NCBI GenBank assembly: GCA_038087875.1
Contig: CM075994.1
Coordinates: 8,620,001-8,684,000 of the forward strand
Length of the DNA stretch: 64,000 nucleotides
Direction: 5' to 3'
DNA from: Malacoraja senta
Taxonomy: Eukaryota
Position 1 is the first letter of the stretch. Every line of letters starts with the position of its first letter. Under the pieces are notes generated by a model, which ran no database searches, was not told the DNA's origin, and saw only the letters and a list, made by a program, of their open reading frames with translations. The translations under genes and the position numbers were made by a program. Positions 49,201-59,303 of the stretch are shown here, in pieces.

Positions 49201-52200
49201 CCCAATATTGCTATAGACTTTGCCAGTTTTGCTTTGACGTGGTTTATATGTGGTTTCCAGAAGATTTTGTGGTCTAAGATCACACCAAGAAATTTATATT
49301 CATATACTCTTTCTATACTTATGTTATCTATTTTCAATTGTACTTGAGGGTTTGTTTTATGTTTTCCAAATAGCATAATCTTTGTTTTGCTTAAATTTAA
49401 AGACAATTTGTTGACATCAAACCACTGTTTTAATTTATTCATTTCTGATGTGTTGACCTCCAAAAGCTGCTTCAAATTGTCACCGGAACAAAAAATATTC
49501 GTATCATCGGCAAATATAATCAATTTCAGTATATTTGATACTTTGCATATGTCGTTAATGTACATTATGAAAAGCTTTGGACCTAACACAGACCCTTGAG
49601 GTACTCCACAAGTTATGTTCATGTAAGTTGATTTATGTTCACCTATTGCTACAAATTGTTGCCGGTTTCTTAAATAGCTTCTCACCCAATCCAATCCAAC
49701 CCCTCTGATGCCATACCTATCCAGTTTCATGAGTAAAATGTCGTGATTCACGGTATCAAATGCTTTTTTAAAGTCTATGAATATTCCCACTGCAAGTTTT
49801 TTATTATCTATGCAATTTGTGATTTCCTCGATTAGTTCCATTAGTGCCATAGATGTTGATCTGTCTGTCCGGAATCCATATTGACTGTCAACCAAAAGCT
49901 TATGTTTTTCAATGAAATTGTCGTCTTTTTGTAAAAGGTTTTTCAAGGATCTTGGAGAATTGAGAGAGTAAACAGGCCTGTAATTTGTGAAATGGTGTCT
50001 ATCCCCAGTTTTATATAATGGTATTACTTTTGCTATTTTCATTTTGTTCGGAAATTTACCGGATTGAAAAGACAAGTTACAGATATGAGTTAATGTACAT
50101 TATGAAATGTACATAACATCTGAAGAAGGGTTTCGGCCCGAAACGTTACCTATTTCCTTCGCTCCATAGATGCTGCTGCACCCGCTGAGTTTCTCCAGCA
50201 TTTTTGTATACCACAGATATGAGTTAATGGTTCTGCAATTTCTTCAATAATGTTTTTTATTATAATCATATCAATATCATTCCAATCAGTAGAGGATTTG
50301 CTTTTAAATTTTCTTACAGTGTCTATGATTTATTTTCCTTCGACTGCTCTAAGGAAGATAGAGCTAGTATTTCTATCCCAAAGATCAGTATCTGCCCCTT
50401 CTTTTGATATTATTGCAATCTGGAGGGATATTACCCAGAAGTAGTACATTTCTTACATAAAGAAATGGGATATGTTTTGTTTAAGCAGAATATTACATAT
50501 CACACTATAGACATATTAGTAGTGTTAGAGTTCTGTAAACTCTTATTTAAATAGCAGTTAAGCTATAATGCTATGAATACTGCAAGGAGTACCGTTACTG
50601 CATATCTATGGAGGAATCAGAATAAAATGTTGTAGGGTTACACCCTTTGGTCTGCAAATGTATGAAAGGATTTTAATTCTAAACCTCTTAGACACAAGTA
50701 TACAATAATCTGGAATGTAAGAGATATGTTATATTGTTTTTTGTTTATGGACTCCTATTACAGTGCTGTCCTTGTCTTGAATTATCATTAAGGAAGTCAA
50801 GTTCAGGGGACTGGTTTATGCACAGAGAGTGCAACTATTGCAGAAAGTACAAATAGACATGATGGAAAGAGACAAACAGTTACTATTGTGTTCTATGTCT
50901 ATGAATTGCTTAAACAGAGAAGATGTGGAATCACAGGATGTAAGTTGGGGTTTCAGCATATCCTACGGATCCACGTCTATGTGTGGTATCACATTTACAA
51001 TGTTAGATTGAAGCCATCAGAACCTTAAAGAGGTTCAGTATGAGTATTTTATTAGCCATAAATAGCTGCATAGGAAAGTGTCAGTTTAGACTATTTTAAA
51101 ATGGCTAAAGCATGTGTTGCTTGATGCAGGTATGGATACTGACAAATTTTTATCTTATTTCACCAGGGCACCATCAAGTTTGACGGCCAAGGAATTGGAT
51201 GTTCTAATAAAACATATCCTCGTGGCTGCAGGCATAAGTGAAAGAATTCACCTATTACCATAAGGAGATTATAATACCTATGGTTATTTGGTAGTGTTAT
51301 TTTTTGGATTTAGTATTAAATATTCCTCTTGTGATAAAGGGGTTACTATATGGTGATAAATTAACCATTAACTGGTTGCATCCATGTTATGGTTGTGCAT
51401 TGTTGATTGTTTTACTTATATAGAGTCAATCAATGCAGTGAGCGCCTGGATTGAATCTACGGCCTGAAAGCAGAGCTTTGAAATCTTCACGTAGTCACTC
51501 ACGTGACTCCGAAGTAAAATAGTAAGATTAAACAAGAACTTACCAGTTTGAAGTTTGATCTTTATTTTATGAGGCGTTACGTTGAGGGATTACGTGCCCT
51601 CCGCTCCCACCCTCATAAAAGATCGAGCTGGTAGTTCTAGTCTTTATGTATCTTACTATCATACTTCAGTAATTGTCGTCTGTGATTTCACTCCGCTGCT
51701 TTGAAGATTGACGCGGTGCGGCTGGACGGGCTCTTCTTCACGTAATCCCTCAACGTAACTCCTCATAAAATAAAGATCAAACTTCAAACTGGTAAGTTCT
51801 CGTTTAATCTTACTATCTTCCTGATATAGTAGTGGCCAGAGGATCTGGGGTGACAGAGGAACTGAAGGAAATCCACATTAGGCAGGAAATAGTGTTGGGT
51901 AGACTGATGGGACTGAAGGCTGATGAATCCCCAGGGCCTGATGGTCTGCATTCCAGGGTACGTAAGGAAGTGGCTCGAGATATTGTGGATGCATTTGAAA
52001 TTTTCCAATGTTCTATAGATTTAGGATCAGTTCCTGTGGATTGGCTAATGTAGCTAATGTTATCCCACTTTTTAAGAAAGGCGGGAGAGAAAAAACAGGG
52101 AATTATAGACGAGAGCCTGACATCGGTGGTGGGGAAGATGCTGGAGTCAATTATAAAAGATGAAATAGCGGCACATTTCGTTAGCAGTAACAGGATCGGT

Positions 52201-55200
52201 CCCAGTCAGCATGGATTTACGAAGGGGAAATAATGCTTGACTAATCTTCTGGAATGTTTTGATGATGTAAGTAGGGAAATGGACAAGGGAGAGCCAGTGG
52301 ATGTGTACCTGGACTTTCAGAAAGCATTTGATAAGGTTCCACATAGGAGATTAGTGGGCAAAATTGGGGCACATGGTATTGGGGGTAGAGTGCTAACATG
52401 GATGGAAAATTGGTTGGCAGACAGGAAACAAAGAGTTTAAGGATTAACAAGTCCCTTTCAGAATGGGAGGCAGTGACTAGTGGGGTACCGCAAGGCTCGG
52501 TGCAGGGACCGCAGCTATTTACAATATATATCAATAATTTGGAAGAAGGGATTCAAAGTAACATTAGCAAATTTGCAGGTGACACAAAGCTGGGTGGCAG
52601 TGTGAACTGTGAGGAGGATGCTATGTGAATGCAGGGTGACTTGGACAGGTTGGGGGAGTGGGCAGATGCATGGCAGATGAAGTTAATGTGGATAAATGTA
52701 AGGTTATCCACTTTGGTATCAAAAACAGGAAGGCAGATTACGATCTAAATGGTGTCGTTGTGAAAAGGGGAAGTACAACGGGATCTGGGGGTCCTTGTTC
52801 ATTAGACTATGAAAGTAAGCATGCAGGTACAGCAGGCAGTGAAGAAAGCGAATGGCATGTTGGCCTTTATAACAAGAGGAGTTGAGTATAGGAGCAAAGA
52901 GGTCCTTCTGCAGTTGTACAGGGCCCTAGTGAGACCACACCTGGAGCATTATGTGCAGTTTTGGTCCCCTAATTTGAGGAAGGACATTCTTGCTATTGAG
53001 GGAGTGCAGCGTAGGTTTACAAGGTTATTTCCCGGGATGGCGTGACTGTCATATGCTGAGAGAATGGAGTGGCTGGGCTTGTACACTCTGGAGTTTAGAA
53101 GGTTGAGAGGGTATCTTATTGAAACATATAAGATTGTGAAGGTTTTGGACACGCTAGAGGCAGGAAACATGTTCCCAATGTTGGGAGTGTCCAGAACCAG
53201 GGGCCACAGTTTAAGAATAAGGGGTAACCCATTTAGAAAGGAGTCGAGGAAACAATTTTTCTCACAGAGAGTTGTGAGTCTGTGGAGGCCAGTTCTCTGG
53301 ATACTTTCAAGAGAGCTAGATAGGGCTCTTAAAGATAGCGGAGTCAGGGGATATGGGGAGAAGGCAGGAACGGGGTACTGACTGTTGATGCTGGCTCAAA
53401 GGGCCGAATGGCCTACTCCTGCACCTATTGTCTATTGTCTAGTGGAAACATCCTCTCCACATCCACTCCATCCAATCCTTTCACTATTCAGTACGTTTCA
53501 ATGAGGTCCCCTCCCCAATCTTCTAAACTCCAGCGAGTACAGGCCCAGTGCTGTCAAACGCTCAAAATATGCTAATGCACTCTTAGTTTAGAGATACAGC
53601 GCGGAAACAGGCCCTCCAGCCCACCATGTCCGCACCGACCAGCGATCACCTCGTACACCAACATTATGCTACACACATTAGAGACAATTTTACAACTAAT
53701 CGAAACCAATTAATCTACAAACCCACGCAGGTCACGGGGAGAACGTGCAAACTCCGTACAGACAACACCCGTAGTCGGGATCGAACCCGGGTCTCTGGTG
53801 CCGCCCTACACAATAGGCCCTAGTCCCATCCTGCACTAGGGGGCAATTTACAACGGGCCAATTAACCTACAAACCCGCACATCTTTGGGACAGGGGCTCT
53901 ACTCGCTGCGCCACCGTGCCGATCATGTGTACATTTGGCCTGTACTCGCTGGAGTTTAGAAGGATGAGGGGGGGGGGATCCTCATTGAAACGTACAGAAT
54001 AGTGAAAGGCCTGGATAGAGTGGATGTGGAGGATGTTTCCACTGGTGGGAGAGTCTAGGACCAGAGGTCAGCCTCAGAATTAAAGGACATTCCTTTAGGA
54101 AGATGAGGAGGAATCTCTTCAGTCAGAGGATGGTGAATCTGTGGAATTCTTTGCCACAGAAGGCTGTGGAGGCCGTCAATGGATATTTTTAAGGCAGTGA
54201 TTGATACAGTCATAGAGTGATACAGTGTGGAATCAGGCCCTTCGGCCCAACATTCCCACACTGGCCAATGTGTCCCAGCTACACTAGTCCCACCTGCCCA
54301 CGTTTGGCCCATATCCCTCCAAACCTATCCTATCCATGTACCTGTCAAACTGTTCCTTAAACATTGTGTTAGTCCCAGCCTCAACTACCAGCTCTGGCAG
54401 CTCGTTCCATACACCCACCACCCTTTGTGTGAAAAAGTTACCCCTCAGATTCCTATTAAATCTTTCCCCCTTCACCTTAAACTCATGCCCTCTGGTACTC
54501 GATTCCTCTACTCTCGGCAAGAGACTCTGCACGTGTACCCGATCTATTCCTTTCATGATTTTGTACACCTCTATAAGATCACCCCTCATCCTTCTGCGCT
54601 CTAAGAAATAGAGTCCCAGCCTGCTCAACCTCTCCCTATAGCTCACGCCCTCTAGTCCTGGCCAAGGATAGATTGATTCTTGATTAGTACGGGTGTCAGG
54701 GGTTATGGGGAGAAGGCAGGAGAATGGGGTTAGAAGGAAGAGATTGATCAGCCATGATTGAATGGTGGAGTAGACTTGATGGGCGGAATGGCCTAATTCT
54801 GCTCCTAGACATAATAAGGTCATAAGGGACAAGGGATAATGGCTCCAGAGCCGGCACATCCTTCCTCAGATATGTTGTCCAAATTTGCTCACACCTTCCC
54901 ACCTGACCAGCGCCTTGCAGAATCAGCATTACATCCGTTTGTGTATACAAGCCCTCTTGAAGTAGAGTTGCTGCCTTACAGCGCTTGCAGCGCCGGAGAC
55001 CCCAGTTCGATCACGACTACGGGTGCTGACGTATGGAGTTTCTACGTTCTCCCCGTTCCACCCACACTCCAAAGACGTACAGGTTTGTAGGTTAATCGGC
55101 TCGGTGTAATTGTGAACTGTCCCTAGTGAGTGTCAAAGAAGATTCTCTCGAACTTCTACAGGTGCACAGTGGAGAACATACTGACTGATTGCATCGTGGC

Positions 55201-57148
55201 CTGGTTCGGCAACTTGAGCGTCTAGGAGCGGAAAAGACTGCAGAAAGTTGTGACCACTGCGCAGTCCATCATCGGCTCTGACCTCCCCACCATCGAAGGG
55301 ATCTATCACAGTCGCTGCCTCAAAAAGGCAGCCAGCATCATCAAAGAACCATACCATCCTGGACACACACTCATCTCTCCATTGCCATCGGGAAGAAGGT
55401 ACAGGAGCCTGAAATCTGTAACATCCAGGTTCAGGAAAAGCTTCTTCCCTACAGCCATCAGGCTATTAAACACGACAACAAATAAGCTCTGAACTACAAC
55501 AGTATTATTATTATTGCACTAGATCTGTTTATTTATTGTGTATGTGTGCATGTGTATATAGACACACTGAACTTTGCTTCCCTATTATGTATTATGTTTA
55601 TATATTCTGTTGCGCTGCAGCAAGCAAGAATTTCATTGTCCTATCTGGGACATATGACAATAAATCACTCTTGACTAGTGTGTGTAGGATAGTGTTGGTG
55701 TGCGGGGATCGCTGTTCGGCGCGCACTCGGTGAGCCGAAGGGCCTGTTCTCCCGCTGTATCTCTAAACTCAAACCTTATGAGCCTTATGTCAGACTATCT
55801 CTACTCACCACCACTTTGAGTTGCTTCCTGACTGCATCAACAACGTTGTGTTCAAAGGCATTGGCGAACACTGTGATTGGAATGTTACCGATGGCTAAAG
55901 GAACGATGGAGAAGTAGATGGAATAGGCCGAGTTGCTTTTGACAGTCACAATTCTTGCATTCAGTTGCCCAGTGGCAGGGCTGCAGAGATAATCCACCTT
56001 ATTCATATACACCTTAACCTGCAAGGCAAACGTGTACAGTTGATATCGTAATATTGATTTCTCTAACTTCCAGTAACTCCGGCATTCCCTCTCCCTCCAT
56101 CCCTCCCCCACCCAAGTCGAACCAGCTTCTCGTTCTCACCCAACAAACAGCTAACAATGGCCTGTTTCCTTTATCATCATTACTTTTTTGCATATCTTTC
56201 ATTCATTGAACGGAGCGGGTGACGTTTCGGGTCGAGACCCTTCTTCAGACTGGACAGGGATAAGGGAAACGAGAGATATAGACGGTGATGTGGTGACTAA
56301 AGAAATCCCTCCTCATCTCCTTCCCAAAGAAATGTCCATTAATTCTGAGGCTGTGACCTCTGGTCCTAGACTCTCCCACCAGTGGAAACATCCTCTCCAT
56401 ATCCACTCTATCCAAGACTTTCACTATTCAGTACGTTTCAATGTGGTCCTCCCTCATTCTTCTAATCTCCAGCGAGTACAGGCCCAGTGCCATCAAACAC
56501 TCATCATAGGTTAACCCACTCATTCCTGGGATAATTCTCGTAAACCTCCTCTGGACCCTCTCCAGAGCCGGCACATCCTTCCTCAGATATGGGGCCCAAA
56601 ATTGTTCACAATATTCCAAACGCGGCCTGACCAGCGCCTTATAGAGCCTCAGCATTACATCCCTGTTATTTGACTCCAGCCCTCTCTATATGAATGCTAG
56701 CATGCGTTTGCTTTTTTTACTACCGATTCGACTTGCAGATCAACCTTTTGGGAATCCTGCAGCAGCACTCCCAAGTCCCTTTGCACCTCCGATTTCTGGA
56801 TTCCCTCCCTCAGTCTGAAGAAGGGCCTCGACCCATTCCTTCTCTCCAGAGATGCTGCCTTTTCCCGCTGAGTTACTCCAGCATTTTGTGTCTATCTGCT
56901 ATTTAAACCGGCATCTGCAGTTCCTTCCGACATGTTATTTTTGTGTAACTAATTTCATGAATATTGTGTTGCAGTCGAACTGCCTGTGACGCAAGGATTC
57001 TCCCTTACCTTAAGATTCATTGACAAATAATTGTATACTACAACCCTCACTTCTAATTGTTCATTTCTCTTAACGGAGTAGGGCAATCGTAAAGTTACGA
57101 ACATCGGTTTGAAAACTTTCAATGTCTTGGGTTCCGCAATACAAAAAC
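10135..57148 (-). CDS. C4: Complement component C4 (partial gene; 13 visible exons covering alpha chain, C4d/TED C-terminal part, CUB, alpha-gamma junction, start of gamma chain)
   Basis: Phase-compatible GT-AG exons translate to thioester-protein motifs ([63 protein letters not shown]). C4-specific segments: [37 protein letters not shown] and a tetrabasic alpha-gamma site. Several exon sizes (140, 210, 52, 157, 60, 94, 75) match human C4 as I recall them. Confidence 0.93.
11956..12058 (-). CDS. C4: C4 exon (exon 34 equivalent), 103 bp
   Basis: ccccag|[34 protein letters not shown]|gtcagc. Confidence 0.92.
12066..12778 (+). repeat. G/A-rich polypurine low-complexity tract of about 710 bp
   Basis: Dense runs of G3-G6 separated by A. 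Confidence 0.9.
12890..13240 (+). mobile_element. Rex1/Babar-like LINE 3' fragment (other copies about 18740-19120 and 27420-27760, both minus strand)
   Basis: [23 protein letters not shown]...SFFPAVI, typical of the Rex1 ORF C-terminus. Confidence 0.7.
14369..14528 (-). CDS. C4: C4 exon (exon 33 equivalent, alpha-gamma junction), 160 bp
   Basis: caacag|(T)[52 protein letters not shown](W)|gtcagt. Confidence 0.9.
16463..16556 (-). CDS. C4: C4 exon (exon 32 equivalent), 94 bp
   Basis: cgtag|[31 protein letters not shown]+A|gtgagt; resembles human C4 TCQDLQIEVTVKGHVEYT. Confidence 0.92.
17382..17575. mobile_element. PIF/Harbinger-type MITE, 194 bp
   Basis: Terminal inverted repeats AGGG(T/C)CTGTCCCACTTTCA; TAA target duplication at 17379-17381 and 17576-17578. 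Confidence 0.85.
17856..17915 (-). CDS. C4: C4 exon (exon 31 equivalent), 60 bp
   Basis: tttcag|[20 protein letters not shown]|gtaagt; resembles human C4 [20 protein letters not shown]. Confidence 0.9.
19442..19714 (+). mobile_element. HE1/V-SINE-type tRNA-derived SINE (representative copy; many full and partial copies, e.g. 39125-39435 +, 19130-19385 -, 28820-29140 -)
   Basis: tRNA-like head (GGTGGCACAGCGG...GGGTTCGATCCC), V-domain core (GGAGTTTG..TTCTCCCCGTG..GGTTTCCTCCCA), (CTAAA)n tail. Confidence 0.8.
19728..20534 (-). mobile_element. Penelope-like element 3' fragment with pLTR
   Basis: Same sequence family as 37225-38340. Confidence 0.8.
20573..20731 (-). CDS. C4: C4 exon (exon 30 equivalent), 159 bp
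   Basis: caag|[53 protein letters not shown]|gtggga. Confidence 0.9.
20872..24110 (-). mobile_element. CR1/HER1-type LINE of about 3.2 kb (ORF1 end, APE endonuclease, RT, 3' tail)
   Basis: ORF 22518-23885 ([25 protein letters not shown]); RT in ORFs 22216-22530, 21980-22207 and 20972-21706; (CATAGATA)n tail; a few frameshifts. Confidence 0.93.
25157..25184 (+). ncRNA. Minimal hammerhead ribozyme-like motif in a Penelope pLTR (representative copy)
   Basis: CTGATGA-A-GGGTC-TC-GACCC-GAAAC-GTC: catalytic boxes, helix II and palindromic ACGT helix III. Confidence 0.65.
26145..26780 (-). mobile_element. Penelope-like element 3' fragment (GIY-YIG remnant plus pLTR)
   Basis: [38 protein letters not shown]. 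Confidence 0.8.
28570..28784 (-). CDS. C4: C4 exon (exon 29 equivalent), 215 bp
   Basis: gagcag|(E)TDTRYWK...[12 protein letters not shown]...[19 protein letters not shown]|gtatgt; the acceptor is weak, so the 5' boundary could shift by 3 nt. Confidence 0.88.
29625..30660 (+). mobile_element. CR1/HER1-type LINE 3' fragment
   Basis: [30 protein letters not shown]. Confidence 0.85.
31912..32080 (-). CDS. C4: C4 exon (exon 28 equivalent), 169 bp
   Basis: ttccag|[36 protein letters not shown]...FDTYDK+G|gtaaag. Confidence 0.9.
32918..33028 (-). CDS. C4: C4 exon (exon 27 equivalent), 111 bp
   Basis: ttttag|[37 protein letters not shown]|gtaagg. Confidence 0.9.
33131..33519. mobile_element. PIF/Harbinger-type MITE, 389 bp
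   Basis: Termini AGGGCCTGT...ACAGGCCCT; TTA target duplication at 33128-33130 and 33520-33522. Confidence 0.85.
34190..34346 (-). CDS. C4: C4 exon (exon 26 equivalent, isotype/catalytic His segment), 157 bp
   Basis: gcag|(W)[52 protein letters not shown]|gttgta. Confidence 0.9.
35546..35658. mobile_element. Harbinger-type MITE left end, cut by the gap
   Basis: TAA followed by AGGGCCTGTCCCACTTGGGC. Confidence 0.6.
35659..35858. other. Assembly gap (200 N)
   Basis: Run of N. Confidence 1.
36805..36888 (-). CDS. C4: C4 exon (exon 23 equivalent), 84 bp
   Basis: ttaacag|(S)[27 protein letters not shown]+G|gtaaga; contains the NMVPD motif; phase 1 to 1. Confidence 0.88.
37225..38340 (-). mobile_element. 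Penelope-like (Neptune-type) retroelement, 5'-truncated
   Basis: ORF 37582-38136: RT C-terminus ([12 protein letters not shown]), Cys cluster [15 protein letters not shown] nuclease ([16 protein letters not shown]); pLTR with hammerhead motif. Confidence 0.9.
39523..39574 (-). CDS. C4: C4 exon (exon 22 equivalent), 52 bp
   Basis: tccacag|[17 protein letters not shown]+T|gtgaga; phase 0 to 1. Confidence 0.88.
39940..41204 (+). mobile_element. CR1 LINE 5' part (endonuclease region), interrupted by DIRS
   Basis: [21 protein letters not shown]; resumes at 51816. Confidence 0.85.
45383..48775 (+). mobile_element. DIRS1-type element (inner, internally deleted, about 3.4 kb)
   Basis: Intact termini and internal complementary region (about 48438-48547); RT remnant ([28 protein letters not shown]), RNase H ([14 protein letters not shown]), methyltransferase-like remnant fused to recombinase C-terminus ([17 protein letters not shown]). 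Confidence 0.9.
45525..45880 (+). repeat. 84-bp tandem repeat, about 4 copies, in the inner DIRS 5' region
   Basis: Units near 45561, 45645, 45728 and 45812 ([27 protein letters not shown]). Confidence 0.85.
50096..50212 (+). mobile_element. Short Penelope pLTR/hammerhead insertion with 17-bp target duplication
   Basis: ACAGATATGAGTTAATG at 50079-50095 and 50213-50229. Confidence 0.8.
51816..53440 (+). mobile_element. CR1 LINE 3' part (RT and tail), continuation of 39940-41204
   Basis: [25 protein letters not shown]; (CTATTGT) tail. Confidence 0.88.
55133..55680 (+). mobile_element. Rex1/Babar-like LINE 3' fragment
   Basis: [54 protein letters not shown]. Confidence 0.75.
55809..56018 (-). 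CDS. C4: C4 exon (exon 21 equivalent), 210 bp
   Basis: ttgcag|[18 protein letters not shown]...[32 protein letters not shown]|gtgagt. Confidence 0.92.
57009..57148 (-). CDS. C4: C4 exon (human exon 20 equivalent), 140 bp
   Basis: ag|(G)[46 protein letters not shown]|gtaagg. Confidence 0.92.
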
Positions 57149-57559
57149 CTTTAATGTAAGAAAAATAAACATGAAAATGCTAACTTCACGTAACCCTGGC
57201 ATCCCTTGTCTTTCTGTCCCTCCCCCACCCAGTCTCATCCTACCACAACCGGAGAGCAGTCCTGAACTATCTACCTCATTGGTGACCCTCGGAGTATCCT
57301 TGATCGGACTTTGCTGGCTTTACCTTGCACTAAACGTTATTCCCCTTATCAAGTATCTGTGGACGGCTCAATTGTAATCAAGTGTAGTCTTTCGGCTGGC
57401 TGGTTAGCACGCAACAAAAGCTTTTCCCGGTACACGTGACAATAAACTAAACTGAACTGAAGTTGTTGAACTGGTTTCAAAGTCATCTTGTCAAGTCTCA
57501 TTGTCAATAACTCATTTTCACCTAGCCCATTGCTAAAAGATGGGTCTCGAACCAATACA

Positions 57560-58590
57560 ATAAACAATAGACAATAGGTGCAGGAGTTGGCCATTCGGCC
57601 CTTCGAGCCACCACCACCATTCACTGTGATCATGGCTGATCATCCACAATCAGCCTGCCTTCTCCCCATATCCCTTATCGCCGCAATCTTTAAGAGCTCT
57701 ATCTCGTGATAGCATCCAGAGAACCAGCCTCCACTGCTTTCTGAGGCATTGAATTCCACAGATTCACAACTCTCAGGGTGAAAAAGTGTTTCCTCATCTC
57801 CGTTCTAAATGGCTTACCCCTTATTCTTAAACTGTGGCCCCTGGTTCTGGACTCGCCCAACACCGGGAACATGTTTCCTGCCTCTAGCATGTCCAATCCC
57901 TTAATAACCTTATTTGTTTCAATAAGATTCCCTCTCATCCTTCTAAATTCCCGTGTATACAAGCCCAATTGCTCCATTCTTTCAACATATGACAGTTCCG
58001 CCATCACGGGAATTAACCCCGTGAACCTACGCTGCACTCCCTCAATAGCAAGAATGTCCTTCCACAAATTTGGAGACCAAAACTGCACACTCCAGGTGCG
58101 GTCTCACTAGGGCCCTGTACAACTGCAGAAGGACCTCTTTGCTCCTATACTCAACACCTCTTGTTATGAAGACCAACATGCCATTCGCTTTCTTCACTGC
58201 CTGCTGTACCTGCATGCTTACTTTCAGTGACTGATGAATAAGGACACCCAGATCTCGTTGTACTTCCCCTTTTCCCAACTTGACACAATTTAGATAATAA
58301 TCTGCCTGCCTCAGTTTTATCCACATTAAACTGCATCTGCCCACTCACCCAACCTGTCCAAGTCACCCTGCATTCTCATAGCATCCTCCTCACAGTTCAC
58401 ACTGCCACCCAGCTTTGTGTCATCTGCAAATTTGCTAATGCAACTTTTAATCCATTCATCTAAATCATTGATGTATATTATAAGTAACTGCGGTTCCAGC
58501 ACTGAGCCTTGCGGTATCCCCACTAGTCACTGCGGTCCTAGCACCGAGCCTTGCGGTACCCCACTAGTCACTGCCTGCCATTCTGAAAGG
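57560..58590 (-). mobile_element. CR1 LINE 3' fragment
   Basis: [21 protein letters not shown]; 3' tail. Confidence 0.85.
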
Positions 58591-58893
58591 GACACGATCA
58601 TATCACTCTTTCCTTCTTCCAGAGATGCAGCCTGTCCCACTGACTTACTCCAGCATTTTGTATCTATCTTCGTAAACAATGGCCTGTTTCCTTTATCATC
58701 GTCACTTTTTTGCATATCCATCAGTCATTTCTTCTGTATCTTTCTATATCATTTTCTATATCTCCCTTTTCCCTCTCCCCCGACTGTCTGAAGGGTCTCG
58801 ACCAGAAACATCACCCATTCCTTCTCTCCAGAGAAGCTGAGTTACTCCAGCTTTCTGTGTCTATCTACCTTCACATGGTTTTGGCTTAGTTTA

Positions 58894-59303
58894 CAGTGCC
58901 CTCCATAATGTTTGGGACAAAGAACCATCGTTTATTTATTTGCCTCTGTACTCCACAATTTGAGATTTGTAATAGAAAAAAATCACATGTGGTTAAAGTG
59001 CACATTGTTGGATTTAATTAGAGGGTATCTTTATACATTTTGGTTTCACCATGTAGAAATTACAGCTGTGTTTATACATAGTCCCCCCATTTCAGGGCAC
59101 CATAATGTTTGGGACACATGGCTTCACAGGCGTTTGTAATTGCTCAGGTGTGTTTAATTGCCTCCTTAATGCAGGTATAATAGAACTCTCAGCACCTAGT
59201 CTTTCCATCACCTTTGGAAACTGTTATTGCTGTTTATCAACATGAGGACGAAAGTTGAGCCAATGAAAGTCAAAGAAGCCATTATGAGACTGAGAAACAA
59301 GAA
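58894..59303 (+). mobile_element. Tc1/mariner DNA transposon left arm and transposase start, interrupted by DIRS
   Basis: TA|CAGTGCCC terminus; direct repeat CATAATGTTTGGGACA at about 58904 and 59101 (IR/DR layout); ATG at 59242, MRTKVEPMKVKEAIMRLRNKN. Confidence 0.75.

Larger units (their letters stand above)
44845..50420 (-). mobile_element. AT-rich LINE, probably Crack/Daphne/L2-like, inserted in the outer DIRS and split by the inner DIRS
   Basis: ORF 48969-50075 ([39 protein letters not shown]); A-rich tail and 3' UTR at 44845-45310; boundaries approximate. Confidence 0.8.
41205..51815 (+). mobile_element. DIRS1-type tyrosine-recombinase retrotransposon (outer, highly decayed)
   Basis: Left terminus TTTTACTTCGGAGTCACGTG; inverted terminal repeats; internal complementary region at about 51486-51596; right end ...AATCTTACTA; RT, methyltransferase-like and recombinase remnants. 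Confidence 0.88.

Noticed and set aside
10135..57148. Calling the gene C3, C5 or alpha-2-macroglobulin
   Set aside because: The alpha-gamma basic site and the exon 31-33 equivalent sequences match C4 specifically
58501..58570. Short tandem duplication of the [17 protein letters not shown] segment as a functional feature
   Set aside because: Local duplication in a dead CR1 fragment with no sign of function
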